64,000 nucleotides of DNA from Felis catus (lineage: Eukaryota), in contig NC_058373.1 in the NCBI RefSeq assembly GCF_018350175.1, forward strand, positions 101,434,001 to 101,498,000, read 5' to 3'. The notes beneath the pieces were generated by a model. The model did not search any database. It worked only from the letters and a program-made list of their open reading frames with translations, and had not been told where the DNA came from. The translations under genes were made by a program, and so were the position numbers. Shown piece after piece: positions 1 through 12,649 of the stretch; the stretch's first letter is position 1, and every line of letters begins with the position of its first letter.

Positions 1-1298
1 TCTGCACCACTTCACACTCCAAGAGGAGTTTTGTTGTTGTTGGCATCTTCCTCTCACTTTCTACAGATAAAGCATCTCTTAACTGATGAATGGAAGTGAG
101 CTTCCATTTCCTTCTGTATTACTCTCTTAAGAGATTTGGCAAAAGGGCTGGATTCTTACTCATCCTCAGATGGGATGCCTGCTCTCTGCACTGTGCCAAT
201 GGCCCCAAATGAGCTAGAAAGATATAGGTAGTCATTCCCCCTTTCAAATATTCAGCATGACATGATACTGCCCTGGATAGCAGAGACTCTGGCTCCCTGG
301 CCAATGGTGGAGATGTGTTTTGGGGATTTCGGAATGCTGGTTCCCTAGCCAAGGAGCGCAAGAATTCAGGAATGTGGTGGCTGTTTTTAGTGGCTCATAC
401 ATTTAAGCATTAGGCCTGCTTGTCCCTATATCAACTCTAAAACTGCTTTAGTTGCCTACTTCTGGAAATTAAAGAATTCTGTCCATTTCTATATGTGTCA
501 GATTATATTTGGTTTCTTTTCCAACCATCAGATAAAGTATTTCTGCAAAACAAGTTGCTGGCCTTTTGCTTGTCTAGTGGTTGAACTTCAGGTATAGAAG
601 CCATACTCATTCATTCCCTTCCTTATTCAATAAATGTTTATTAAACACCTCTTACATACCACGTGCTAAAAAAGAGATTTTTAAAAGAAAGGGCCCTCAG
701 AAATTACCTTTTTAGAAGGGTTCAAGAAAGGTGTTTGCTACTTTAAATCTACAAGAAATTCCACAAGCTCTTGCACAACTGCTGTAGAAGTGAATCCTAC
801 AAAGATTGAGAAATTCTTTCTATGGCCCAAAACTGTTCTTGATGCCAGTCCTGACTCATTCATTGGCTTGAGTGAAGACAGAGAGTGACAGCTTCAGCAT
901 AACTTGTGGAACAGTCCTCTGTTTATTCCTTGCCATTAGGTCACCAATTCCCTTTCTTATCTTGCTCAAAGAAGTCTACAATACTTTTGTTTTTATTTAT
1001 GGGACCTTTAATTACTTTAATCATATTGGCTATTCTTATTCAACAAGCATTTATTAAATGATCAGGGAAAGCTTCAGAGAAGAGGAATAATTGCATCTTT
1101 AAAGGGTTTAAACAGACTGAAAGGGAGGGCATTGTAGGAGAGGGACTAGCATAAGCAGAGGCACAGAAGTACGGCAGATTAATAAATCAAATGAGGGTGG
1201 GATGAAGTGCTGAATGGGAGAAAAGAGACAAGTTGGGAGAACTCTGCCATAATCCAACTTTTCCCTGGAGACTGTTTCCAAGACCTTTAGATATCTTT

Positions 1299-1860
1299 TG
1301 TCAAGGATATTTTAATTATAAGCAATATAAACCTACATTTTTACTCAAGCAATAAAGGAAAATTTATTATAAAGAATCAGCAGTAGTCCAGTGAACCCAA
1401 AGGCAGGATCACAAGAAATAAAGCATGGGAAATAGCTGTTCTCTCTCTCTCTTTCCCTTTCCCCACCTCACGCACTCTTCTGCTTACTCCTGCCCATCTA
1501 ACTTGTCTTCTCTCTGTAGTTGTTTTTCAGCTTCTCCATGTGCCTGGCTGCCCTCACTGCTCCTGACCATACCAGCTCCATACAAGTCCCCCAGGAGCGA
1601 GTAGGTAGGATCAACATAACCCAATTCCAATCATCAGGACGGATCATTTGATTGGTCCAGCTGGAGTTAGATCTCCATACCCAGTTGACCAACCGTGACG
1701 CAGGCAGGGCTAAGTAATGCAAAAGCGGCTCTACATCCAGTTGCAGGTAGGTGGCTGATTGCCAGAGAGTACTTGGGTGTGGCAACAGACACCAGATGGA
1801 AACATGCAGGTGTGAATTTTCCTGTAAAGGGGACTGAAGATGATGCACCCTTTCAATGAA
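1299..1860 (-). mobile_element. Old MaLR LTR fragment (MLT1K/L-like)
   Basis: Starts with tgtcaaggatatttt...aagcaatataaacc...aaaggaaaatttatt, resembling the reverse-oriented 3' end of old MLT1 LTRs; highly diverged, boundaries approximate. Confidence 0.45.
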
Positions 1861-2419
1861 ATGTTCCAGTCACCCTGGCAAAGCAGTGTGGGTGGACAGA
1901 ATGCCTGAGTAAGGCTCAGGAAAGGAGAAACCAAATATCAGTGCCAGGGTCTGAGGGCCTAAAACCATGAGGAACAATGGAAGGAACTATAGCTGCTTTC
2001 CTAGAGAAGCAAAAACTTCAAGAAAATCAGCCAGTGTTCCCTCTCTTCAAACGGCAGATGGGCTATCAAGAACACAGAGGCATCTCCAGAAAAAAGAGCC
2101 AGACCAGGAAGGGAACAGCCTAGAAATGGTGCAATGGCCCTAGAGTTAGTTAACTCTCTATTAAGGAAAGGATTACAAAATTGTGGAAATGCCATTTGAG
2201 GTGATATCACAGAGATAATTCAAGTATCCAGTGAAGGATTACTTAGATTACCTGTTTTTTACATGTAGACCTGTAATCAAGTGGCCTTCCAACCCTCCAA
2301 TTGTATAATTTCTCTGATTGGTCAAGTTCTATCTTAGAATACCCAAGAAAGAATTTTTCAACTTTTCAACCCTGAAGAAGAGCTCTTAACACTGAGAGGC
2401 AAGGAATCTAAGTGACACA

Positions 2420-2712
2420 TGCTAGTTCAATGTTTCTCAGACTCCACGTGTGGAACTCTGGTGCCCATGTGATGTTTACAGGTATTTTAAAAAGCCAGGA
2501 TTTCATTGTCAAATAAAACGCTAGTTTAAACAAAGCAAAACAGGCTTCTTTACCTCAGGATATCCTATAGTCTTCAATAACTTAATGTTTTATAAATCTC
2601 TAACAGGTGAAACACATTAAACAATGCTTCCCAAGCGTATCTGACCACATGAGGACCACATCACATGGTCCATTCAGTCCCATGAAATACAGTTGGGGAA
2701 ATGGTAGTCTGG
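2420..2712. mobile_element. hAT-Charlie-type non-autonomous DNA transposon fossil
   Basis: caatgtttctcag... start, ggcttctttacctcagga...ttcccaagcgtatctgaccac internal motif, ...cagttggggaaatggtag end, resembling Charlie-family MITE consensus. Confidence 0.5.
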
Positions 2713-2734
2713 CTCTGTTGCTTTGATTCCTCAC

Positions 2735-2875
2735 CTTTTTTGAGGTCACACACCTTTTGAAAACCAAACAAAATCTACTGGACACTTCCCTCACCAACAA
2801 TGAAAAATGAGGATACATATATGCACAGCAAATTTTGCATATAACTTCAGGGGGTCATAGATGACTCATCCATGA
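2735..2875. mobile_element. Short ancient DNA-transposon (hAT-like) fragment
   Basis: gaggtcacacaccttttga...aaattttgcatataacttcagggggtcatag resembles a common eutherian hAT MITE. Confidence 0.4.
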
Positions 2876-3383
2876 TATTCAGGTTTTCCTTGGCCCCAGG
2901 TAATACATTTCTGTCCTAGATAATCCAAATTTCTGAATAATTTTCTCTTTATTCATACACCCCCCAATGGTCATAAAATGGAGGCAGAAATCTTTCTTCT
3001 TGCATATGCAAGTGAGATACATATGCAGTGAGATACGCCTTAGTGGATATGCCTTCGTGTTATTCTTTGGTGTGTACACCTGAAAGAAGGCCTGACTCCG
3101 GCTATTTCTGCCCTACCCCAAAATTTATCTTCCCTCAGTTGGACTCTCATTCAATGTTCAAGTTCTCTCCAAAGCAGAAGTCCTATTTCACTTGATAGAT
3201 GAAGAGACATTTAAAATAACATTTCACATTATTTTAAAGATAATTTCATGGTTTTTTTCCAACAAAAACAAAAAGACTAAAGAACTAAGTGTGAGTATTT
3301 TTCTTATTCCCCTATGCAGTTCTTCAGGAAATTTCATTGTTTATGAAAACATGATCTTGTGGGAAGAGAAACCTCTTCGCATC

Positions 3384-3594
3384 TTTTAAATGTTTATTTA
3401 TTTATTTTTGAAAGAGAGAGAAAGAGAGACCAAGTGGGGTAGGGCATAGAGAGAGGGAGACAGAGAATCCCAAGTAGGTTCAGCACTGCTGCACAGAGAC
3501 TGATTCAGGGCTCAAACTCACAAACTGTGAGATCACAGCCTGAGCCCAAAATCAAGAGTCAGACACTTAACCGACTGAGTCACCCAGGTGCCCC
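3384..3594 (-). mobile_element. Can-SINE (SINEC_Fc family)
   Basis: Reverse complement of GGGGCACCTGGGTGACTCAGTCGGTTAAGTGTCTGACT... with (CT)n and AATAAA/A-tail; degenerate flanking repeat ctcttc(g/t)cat. Confidence 0.95.
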
Positions 3595-4574
3595 TCTTCT
3601 CATTTCTTACAAAAGGGTGCTTCATAACCTGACCCCTGGTGTCACTAGGAAAGTGAAGTGTTTGGGGACAGGTATAAGATGACCAAGTGAGAAAAGCAAA
3701 GAGCCAACAGTTCAGATTAGATGAGCTATCTAAATTATTATAAAATAGTACAGGTAAAAAGAAAGAGCTTGTCATTCCTCAATTACTTCTGTCCTATAAA
3801 AGAGGAAGTTTGAAAATGGGCATTTTAAAAGGGCTAATTCCAGTGCATGCATGTGGAAGCCAGATATGTTACTTCTTGTGCATCTGTCATTAATTTTATA
3901 ATTGAAGTTTATGAATATCCCATTTGAAAAACAAATGGTTTATATCAATGGAAATGATTTAGTTTTTATTTTTATCAAAGTTAATACATGTTAATAATTC
4001 TTTTTCAGAGTAATAGCTGTTTGCACATTATAAGCACATGTCTCAAGTTTTCCTTATAAGGATATCCGATGGAAAAATTTTTTTTTCTCCTTGGCCATCT
4101 TATAGTCAGCATATTTCCGTTCATACAAGAAGAAAGTAGTCATTTGAAGTCTATGAAGAAATGTCTGTTTGACTAACAGATGTCTATGCTGGAGTAAGCA
4201 GGAAGTCTTGCAGTTCCTTCCCAACACAAAGGCCCACTCATGATAAAAGAAAAGACCAAACAGCTTGGAAATAAATAAGGCAATTTCCATTCCAATGAAC
4301 ATCTGTCCTAAGCCAGCCAGGAAGGTGGAACCAAGAAAATCCCTAGGACCTCATACTTAAGAACATTTTTTCTTTTACCCCTTTCCTACCCTTTCAGCAA
4401 CCATCCTCAACATTATTAGAAAATCAGCCAAAATATTGTATTTGTTCTCCCACTAATATTTTAATCTAGAATGCATAACAGCCAGCCTCTAGCTATAAGG
4501 AAACAAGTTGCTCTACAAGAGAGGAACTCTGTAAGTAGGAGATGAATCTAAACTCCAGTTATCCAGTTTAGTCT

Positions 4575-4700
4575 GGGGCACCTGGGTGGCTCACTCAGTG
4601 AAGTGTCTGACTATGGCTCAGGACAGGATCTCATGGTTCACGAGTTCAAGCCCTGTGTTGGGCTCTATGCTGACAACTCAGAGCCTAGAGCCTGCTTTAG

Positions 4701-4747
<47 letters not shown>

Positions 4748-4843
4748 CCCTCCCCCACTCATGCTCTGTCTCTGTCTCTGTCTCTCTCTCTGTCTCAAAA
4801 TAAATAAATAAATGTTGAAAAAATGTTTAAATAAATACAAAAA
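4575..4843 (+). mobile_element. Can-SINE (SINEC_Fc family)
   Basis: GGGGCACCTGGGTGGCTCA head, (CT)n, A-rich tail; TSD atccagtttagtct at 4561-4574 and 4844-4857. Confidence 0.95.
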
Positions 4844-4857
4844 ATCCAGTTTAGTCT

Positions 4858-4911
4858 TACACAATATTATATGTCAATCGTAAGTCAATAAAGCTGGAAG
4901 AAAAAAAAAAT
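4858..4911 (+). mobile_element. Extremely 5'-truncated L1 3' end
   Basis: tacacaatattatatgtcaatcgtaagtcAATAAAgctgg + poly-A resembles a carnivore L1 3' terminus; flanked by aaaatccag(t/a)ttagtc at 4841-4856 and 4912-4927. Confidence 0.7.
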
Positions 4912-5089
4912 AAAATCCAGATTAGTCACTGGTATTTATTTAGCACCACTGTATGCTATACAGTGTCTAGGCATTGGGAACACACATATGCATAGCGGGT
5001 CTTTCTTACCAGTAAAGACAGCCAATAAATGTGTCATCAAAGAGGTAAGCAAGTTAATTTCAGAAAGTGATTTAAAAAATAGGATGATA

Positions 5090-5175
5090 AAGATGGGTAT
5101 TGAGGAGGGCACATTTTGGGATGAGCACTGGGTGTTGTATGGAAACCAATTTGACAATAAACTTCATATATTGAA
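5090..5175 (+). mobile_element. 5'-truncated felid L1 (L1_Fc-like) 3' end
   Basis: gatgggtattgaggagggcac...gatgagcactgggtgttgtatggaaaccaatttgacAATAAA matches the felid L1 3'UTR end; perfect TSD aaaaaataggatgata at 5074-5089 and 5176-5191. Confidence 0.9.
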
Positions 5176-6182
5176 AAAAAATAGGATGATATGATAGAAA
5201 GTGACTGGTAGAAGGGAAGGAAGAGGCTAAGTTAGAGTGGGTGATATGTGTAAGTGATGTGTGAGTACAGACAGAAATGCCAAAGACAGCCACCTTCTGT
5301 AGATCTAAGGCACAGTGTTCCAGAAGGCAAAAGTGGCAAGGACCTGAGATGGAAACAAGCTCTGTCTCGCCCAAGTGGATGGAGCATAGTGAACACGGGG
5401 AAAGTGAAAGGAGATGAGTCAAGAAACTAAGTGTACCTTATAGACCAGCCTTTCCACCATAAAGGAAAAAGACAACTCTGGCCCTGAATACAGTCAAATG
5501 ATATGCCAAGCCATTAGCTGAGTGAACAAAATAATTACCCTGGAGATGGCATAAATTTCATTATTGTCACCTAGAAAGAATGAAAGCCTACAATGGTGAA
5601 CTTTGAAGTAAACTTTCCAGAAAGGGACTTCATAAGAAAGTACAAACCAGACCAGTCTCCATCAGCAGGTACTATCTTCTTTTGTAGGGGTAAGGGCTGC
5701 CCAAAAAGTAGCTTCCTCCATTCCTTTTCTCAGGTAGCAAATGTCCATTCATCCATCACCTTCTTTGCACCCTGGAATCTGGGTGTTCTATATCACCAGG
5801 GTGATAAGAAGAACCAAGCTCTGGCCTTGAAGGATTGTTCTGGAAGTCTGCCAGACCACTGGATCATTTCCCAGTGTTCTGCAGAATGATCACATTGTTT
5901 CCAGGTACAGCCAACATGGGTTATTATCAGAGAGCCAGTTCACCCTAGATGAGTTAATGAATTCTGACACCATACTTCAGGTTACTGTATTTTGCCAACC
6001 TTTTTGCAGCCTCTGAAAAATTGATATGAGATAAAATCTGGTATTCCCCTCCCCTGTATTAGGCCAGGCTCTATTCCACTCCAAGTGGCAACTGCCAGAG
6101 GGACAAAGAAGTACCAGATGAGTAAAGAATAAAGAGGGAGATTTTCACCAAGGCAACAGCTACAGTTTCAGCAGAACATATG

Positions 6183-6422
6183 TATTTATTTTTTTTAATA
6201 ATTTTTCAAATTTTTTTTTCAACATTTATTTATTTTTGGGACAGAGAGAGACAGAGCATGAACGGGGGAGGGGCAGAGAGAGAGGGAGACACAGAATCAG
6301 AAACAGGCTCCAGGCTCTGAGCCATCAGCCCAGAGCCCGACGCGGGGCTCGAACTCCCGGACCGCGAGATCGTGACCTGGCTGAAGTCGGACACTTAACC
6401 GACTGCGCCACCCAGGTGCCCC
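6183..6422 (-). mobile_element. Young Can-SINE (SINEC_Fc)
   Basis: Reverse complement of the ggcgcagtcggttaagtgtccgacttcagccaggtcacgatctcgcggtcc head; CpGs intact; TSD aacatat. Confidence 0.95.
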
Positions 6423-6744
6423 AACATATTTTTGATAGTGTGAGTGATATATCAGTTGGGTAAAGAAATATTTGATGAGTAACAAAACAGAAATTAGTAC
6501 AACCTGGATAACAGCCATTAGAAAGAAGCCTAAACCACTGGTTTGCAGTCTTCTAGACAGCAAACTTCTGATTGGCCAATACCTAGATATTAGTTCTCGA
6601 ATAGCTGACTTGGGATTGAAGGCCTCTAAAACTGGTAGTGTTTCTTGAGATAATTAAGTTCACAGATACTTGGTCCATCATTATCTTTTAAACAAATAGA
6701 CACATTTCTCAGTTATCAGGATTCCTTATAAAATTATTCTTTTT

Positions 6745-6941
6745 TAAAAAATGTTTATTTATTTTGAAAGAGAGAGACAGCAAGTGAGAGCAAAGGAGGG
6801 GCATAGAGAGAGAATCCCAAGCAGGCCCCACACCATCAGGACAGAGCCCGAAGTGGGGCTTGACCTCTCAAACTCTGAGACCATGACCTGAGCTGAAATC
6901 AAGAGTTGGACACTCAACTGACTGAGCCACTCAGCCACCCC
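6745..6941 (-). mobile_element. Can-SINE (older subfamily)
   Basis: Reverse-oriented SINE head and body; TSD taaaattattcttttt at 6729-6744 and 6942-6957. Confidence 0.93.
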
Positions 6942-8094
6942 TAAAATTATTCTTTTTGATGCCCTAAAACAAAGTTCTCTTAATATTTTTAATAAATAGT
7001 GCATCAAAATCATTTTATAGAGTGGAAGCCTCATTAGACCTTTGCTCTGGATAAATAATATACAACAATAATTAATCTGAATAGAAACAAGTTACAAAAA
7101 AAAAAATAATAACCAGCACTGTCCATGAGCAGAGCTACCATGCAGTAGTGTGTATGGGAAAACACCACCTCTTTACATTACTATTTCAGCTATCCCACAT
7201 CTGCAAATACAGAGAGCTAGCTGCCACATGTCTTTCCAACTGAAAAAGGCAAAAGACAACTGGCTGCCATATGCTTTTTACAAAGAAATTGTAAACAGGT
7301 TACTCACTATGGGCCACATATATAGGATCTACACATGAATGCCCTAGGAATGGATTTGGCCCAAAGTCTCCTTAAGCTAAAAAGCTTCAGGCATCATAAC
7401 ATCCCCATATGTCCACTGTATAATGAAACAGATGACAGGTTTTATCCTGAAGGTTGTTTGGTACTAAGAATGAGATTGGGCAATGGGCAGCTCAGGCAAC
7501 CATCCAGAGGAGTTCTTGTGGCTTACACATGTATATATGTATATAAAAGATGTACACTAATTTCCCTTGAAAACCATAAATAAAGTACTCTAAAGTACTC
7601 TAGATATATAACGCATCAATCTCCACCTCACAACACATGCAAACACATACTTACACAGGAATATACACATGCCCAAAGAAGTCAAGAAATCTCTTATCAA
7701 GGTTAAAGTCTTTTGTGATAAACAGCAAAATGACAGTTCCTTTATCAAGATGACTTCTCTTTCCTCTACTGTGGCTGAGGCTTACAAAATGGAGATTAAA
7801 GGTACCCAATGCTTTGAGGTGACAGCTCGGAGTGAGGGACCAGAATAAGAAAGGGAATGTGGAGAGAGACCACTAGGACAGAAAGGTAAAGAGAATTCTT
7901 GAGGTTTATACTCTGTCTATTTTAGCTCAATAGAGTAGAAAACCTAAGAAGAATTTAGGCAAAGGATCCAGCGAAGAATAAACAGCACCCATTTGCTTGG
8001 AGGGGTCTGTGTGTTGTCTCCCTGAGAACCTCAGACATTGAAAGGATTGGTTAACCTTGTGAACGTGGTTAACAGTGTTGCAATTTATGCATCC

Positions 8095-8450
8095 ATCCCC
8101 CACCTCCCATCCCTGTCATCCATTCACCCAATGTTAACTGAGGTCCTACTAGAGGTAAGGTATTGTATTTAAAAAGGAAAGATGGTTTGGACAAGAATTC
8201 TGCCATCAAATATAAAAGGAAATGTAAAGAATCACCAATTCTAATACAAAATAATGAAAAATGCCAAAGAGAAAGCTACATATAAAATACTATGAGAATT
8301 CTTCACTTGATCTTAGCCAAACGGCCGAGAAGTGATGAGAATTCTTAAGAAAGATGCTTCCAGCTTGAGAATGGTAAATGATTAAAGATGATCTTATGGA
8401 GAAGATGGCATTTGAACAAACCTTGAAGCAAATTAGGGTGGTTGGTCTTA
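8095..8450 (+). mobile_element. L2 fragment (diverged)
   Basis: cattcacccaatgttaactgaggtcctact...atggcatttgaacaaaccttgaag resembles reverse-oriented L2 3' region as read on +; strand label tentative. Confidence 0.4.
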
Positions 8451-9452
8451 AAAATATACACACACAGGATACACCACCAGACAAATCAGTAGAACCAGTA
8501 ACTTTTGTGTAAAAAGTTCCACTGGTGTGGCCCTAACACTAGATGTGCCAGAAGAGTCTGCACTGACATGACCGGTTGTTTCAAGGTGCACAATATCACA
8601 TATGACCTTACATCCACCTTCTACACAGAGAATGGCACCTCATCAAGAATCTGCTGTAATCAGTCTACTTCATGGAGCAAGAAGGCACTCACGGACACTA
8701 TAAGAACAATGAAGTAGTGTTGGATTTCGTTTCCAAACCTTTGCTGGGGAAAAAAAAAATGTCCACTTTATACACTTTAAGCACTAAAATGTTTTCAAGG
8801 TCAAGCTGAGCACATAAACCTCAAATAAGAATTTGAAGGGAGCGGTTCCCTAACAGGATCATAGGAGGAAAGGAAGCAGGGCAGCAGGGAGTGCACCACT
8901 GCAGCAACCGCTCCTTCTGTCTGCCCTGGCTTCATTACGGTCAGAGGACAGGGGGAGGCTGTGTCATTGTGTATACAAATCCCGGGTGAGGATGAGACAG
9001 GTCACGGGAAGCAAGAGGCAGGGGTGGCCCATTTTCTTCATCTGCTCAACATAAGCCTGTGAGGAAACATGCTGACTCTTTTAATAATATCAATGAAAGA
9101 CAAACATCAGGGGAACAGGCATTGAGGCTATGAGGTCCAGCTGGTCGCTCCAACAGGGAGATTCTCCCCCCATTGCCAACCTTGCAGAACCCAGACATGT
9201 GTTTATTAAGAGAAGGGTTTTTTATGTGTGATTGCAGCAGTAGCATGAGCAAGAAATCTCCAAGGGAAAAGTGAGTTTCAGGGGTCAAAGCTCCCTTCTA
9301 ATATGAAGACATTCCCCCAGTGATAATTTTAGAGAATCTGGATTTGGCTTTATTAAGGGAGAAAGAGGGGTTCCTTAAAAATGAAATACATTAATGTCTA
9401 AAAACATGGGAATGAGTAAAAGGATATTTCATTTCTCATCCCTGCTTGGATG

Positions 9453-9965
9453 TATGTTATTCAAGGCTCTCTTTGCCCCAAGTAAATAAAAAGAACTCAA
9501 ACTCCCTTAAGCCTAAATGGGGAGTTTATTGGCTCTTGAAAACAAAAGTCTAAGGCCATTCTGGTCTCAGCCATGGCTGGATCCAGGTGCTCAGTTTTTC
9601 ATGAAGCTGCCTCTCTGTGTCTTGACTCTGACTTCCTCTATGCTGGCTCCACTCTCTGGCAGGATCCCTCAGTATACTGGCGTGATGGAAGCCAGGAGCT
9701 CCAGGCCATTTTTCTATCCTCTCAACAGCCCTCTACAGAGTTTCTCTTTTTCCAACTATTTCCAAGAACTGAGTCTCCTTCACTCCGAAGGATCACATGT
9801 CCATTTCTGAGCCAATCACTGTGGCTAGAAGAATGTGATTTCCTGGGTGGTCAACCCCAGAGCCTGGAGTCAGTTCCAGCCAAGTGATATGATCTCATAA
9901 AGGGAGAGGGGCAGCTTCCCATGAAAAATCAGACATTTTTACCAGAAACAGGGTGTATGGATGCC
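9453..9965 (-). mobile_element. Old MaLR LTR (MLT1J/K-like)
   Basis: tgttattcaaggctctctt...gggagtttattggctc...cagccatggctggatccaggtgctca...gagccaatcactgtggctag motifs typical of reverse-oriented MLT1J/K. Confidence 0.6.
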
Positions 9966-11239
9966 ATCCAGATAAATCCCCTCTCTGGTTTTAAGCAGGA
10001 AATTGGGCCTGTGGGAGAATACTCATTGATTTTTGAAGAGGCCATTCTGTGTTTTGAAGTAGTGACTGTGTAAGCCCTTCATGCCTACAGATAGCGGCTC
10101 TATATCTTTCATGGTAAACAGTTCTAGATCCTTCTCTAGAACCCACTGTTCATCCTGAAGTTGACTGGAGTCATTAATGTTCTATCAACCTCATTCTCAA
10201 AGGTCCAGAACAGGGCAGCCCTACTGCAATCAGTCAAAACTCAAGGATGCTTAGTCTCAGCTCTTCTGTTGGCCTCATGCTATGTGCCTGGAAAGTTAAA
10301 CAACTGTTAAATTCTTCAGTTTTCTCCACCCCCACCCCAAAAAGAAAGAAAGAAAGAAAAAAGAAAGAAAAAGACTCTAAGTCCAAGATTCTTCAAAAAG
10401 ACATTCTACCGAAATGAAAAACATTTCAAATATACTGTCATCACTCTTATAAGCCTTCTCACCTGGGCCAAGTAACAATGTGTGCCAGATGAGTAAAAAA
10501 GAAGAATGCCAATTTTATTGATTTTACCACCTCATACTCTTTTCAGGTCTGTGAAAAATGTTTTAGGGGTGAGCAAATTTTTTTTTTATAATTCTCTACA
10601 AGTCTGCTCTACATCAAAGATTATATTGGGGGGAGGGTGTTGCCCAGATACAGAACAGAATACTTAAGCTGAGATAGTCTGATTGATCTTCACCATTCCT
10701 CGTATAATAAAGTATTTCAGGATGTAATAAATAAAAGTCTCCAAACTCCCAGCTTGGTGGTCAAGGTATTTCACAATTAAGCCAGCATCTTGTTGGTCTC
10801 TCATAAGTGTCTTGATGTATGTAGTTGAAGAAGAAAGAAGCCCAGTCCCTTCTTTATTCCTTTCTATCCATAATGTCCATTTTGACCCAGGTCTCACCCT
10901 CAATCTGAACCCAACCACATAACTGTTACATGGTGTTATGTCATTTGTGAGCATTGTCTCAGATGCATACGCACGAAAGAATGTGTGAGCAAAAAAGAGT
11001 GGTGTGAAATATACCTGCCTACCTGCCCATAATTCCCTGGCCTTCAAAAATGGATAGAACTAAGAATAAGGACAAGAGCCATGAACAAAAAGGGCAAAAG
11101 AAGGCTCATCCTCTCACCCTCAGAAAGACTATTTATTTGGGTTTCCTCCTCGACACAAAGACAAGGAATGATCTTCCTTAATCCTATAGCATTGGTGAAG
11201 CACCCTAAAAATCCTCTAAGGTGGAATGGTTTTTAAATT

Positions 11240-11437
11240 ATGCATCATGGATCCCTCAGATCCCATATGAAAAAGAAATTATTTTCATATCTGCACATTA
11301 AATTTGTGCTTATCCTATCATTTCCTGCCTCCACCTGATGATCCATGCACCATGGATACCCCAGATCCCATATGAAGAAGAAATTATTTCCATATCTGCA
11401 CATTAAATTTGTGCTTATCCTATCATTTCCTTCCTCC
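11240..11437. repeat. Tandem duplication, period 105 bp, two copies
   Basis: 11240-11332 and 11345-11437 align over 93 nt with 6 substitutions (counted by eye). Confidence 0.95.
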
Positions 11438-12649
11438 TCCCCTTCTCCTCACAGGCAATATTATGCCAGATAGGACTTGGAATTCAAGCCTCAGAAAACA
11501 ATGCAGAAAGTTTCCACAGTCCTGGAAAGTCTAATGAGCTGTGAGCTAGAACACAGAAAGAGTCATGGTCACATGAATCTAGTTTTTGTACCCTCACTTT
11601 GAGCCTCATTGCCAGTCTGGCTCTTTGTTTAGGTGACCTTTGACCCCTGGAGTCAATGTTTGTCTTCTAAATGGTATTTCAATGCTAACATCTGGTGATG
11701 TCCCCCAGCTTGACATTTGTGAAGCAGATGCTTCCAGTGGCCTGGAGTGTGCCTTCTGGGTCAATGTTTTCAATAATGCCCTCTGGCATTGATCTCTGTG
11801 GTACCTCTCCCCAGGTGAGAAAAGAAATGCCACTGGGAAATGGCTAAGAGAGAACACTTCAGAGCATCTGGAGGCAATCTTGGAATATAAAACCCCAGAA
11901 GTATAAAAAAATACCTAAAGGTAGGGAGTAGAGGAAAAAATCAAGTCCTTGGTATTTTTTTGAAGCAGTACTTTAAATAATCTAGCAGTTCAAGCCTGAC
12001 ATATCTATACTTCATTTTAACTAATTTTTTTACATGTTTCTTTCTCTCCATTCAGGGTTCTCTCTCAAAACTTCGAATAGAATGTGTTGCTGAGAAAAGC
12101 AAGCCCTCTTTCCCAGCCCATCCCATCCTTCCCTCCAAGTGCACAGATGAGCACACACTTTATAACTTAATAAGCAGCTCCTCTCAATTGGGCCTAGAGA
12201 AAACTTCAAGGAATCTTGTGAACTAGAGCAGAAATTCAGATAGTCTACATTTGGACAATTTGTGCCTTTTAAAATAAGGAAATGATAGGATAAAGCTTTC
12301 AAAAGTAGTAAGCAGATCATGAGAATCATTTGTTTCAACCTGATGAAGATTTTGAATCTCTAACACTGTCTCAAGATCTCCCCGCTGTCACCTGTAAGTA
12401 GTGACAACTACCTATACAGAAGTAGCTACCACACAACTACCTATAGAGAAGTAGAAATCTTTCTACTTGGGAATTTAGTACAGGCAAGGTATTATGAATA
12501 TCTTTGTAATGTTTACCATATTGCTGTTGGCTTCTCTTTCCAAAGAGCTTAGGATCCACCATCCTCTCACTGATTCATCTTCATGAAAGCGCTGCTGTCC
12601 AAGTGGTCAGCAAGAGCATGGAGCACTGCACAAGCCAGTCTGAAGGGGG

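Noticed and set aside
4586..4807. Recurring ORFs of the type MAQSVKCLT.../MSDFGSGHDL... (also near 13.9, 18.0, 21.6, 23.3, 50.5, 51.2 and 51.7 kb)
   Set aside because: They are translations of Can-SINE sequence, not a gene family
10664..11047. 127-aa minus-strand ORF
   Set aside because: Non-ATG start, no recognisable homology or domain, no convincing splice context
11240..11437. Repeat-spacer-repeat pattern as a CRISPR-like array
   Set aside because: Eukaryotic context, only two long copies, no cas genes; a simple tandem duplication
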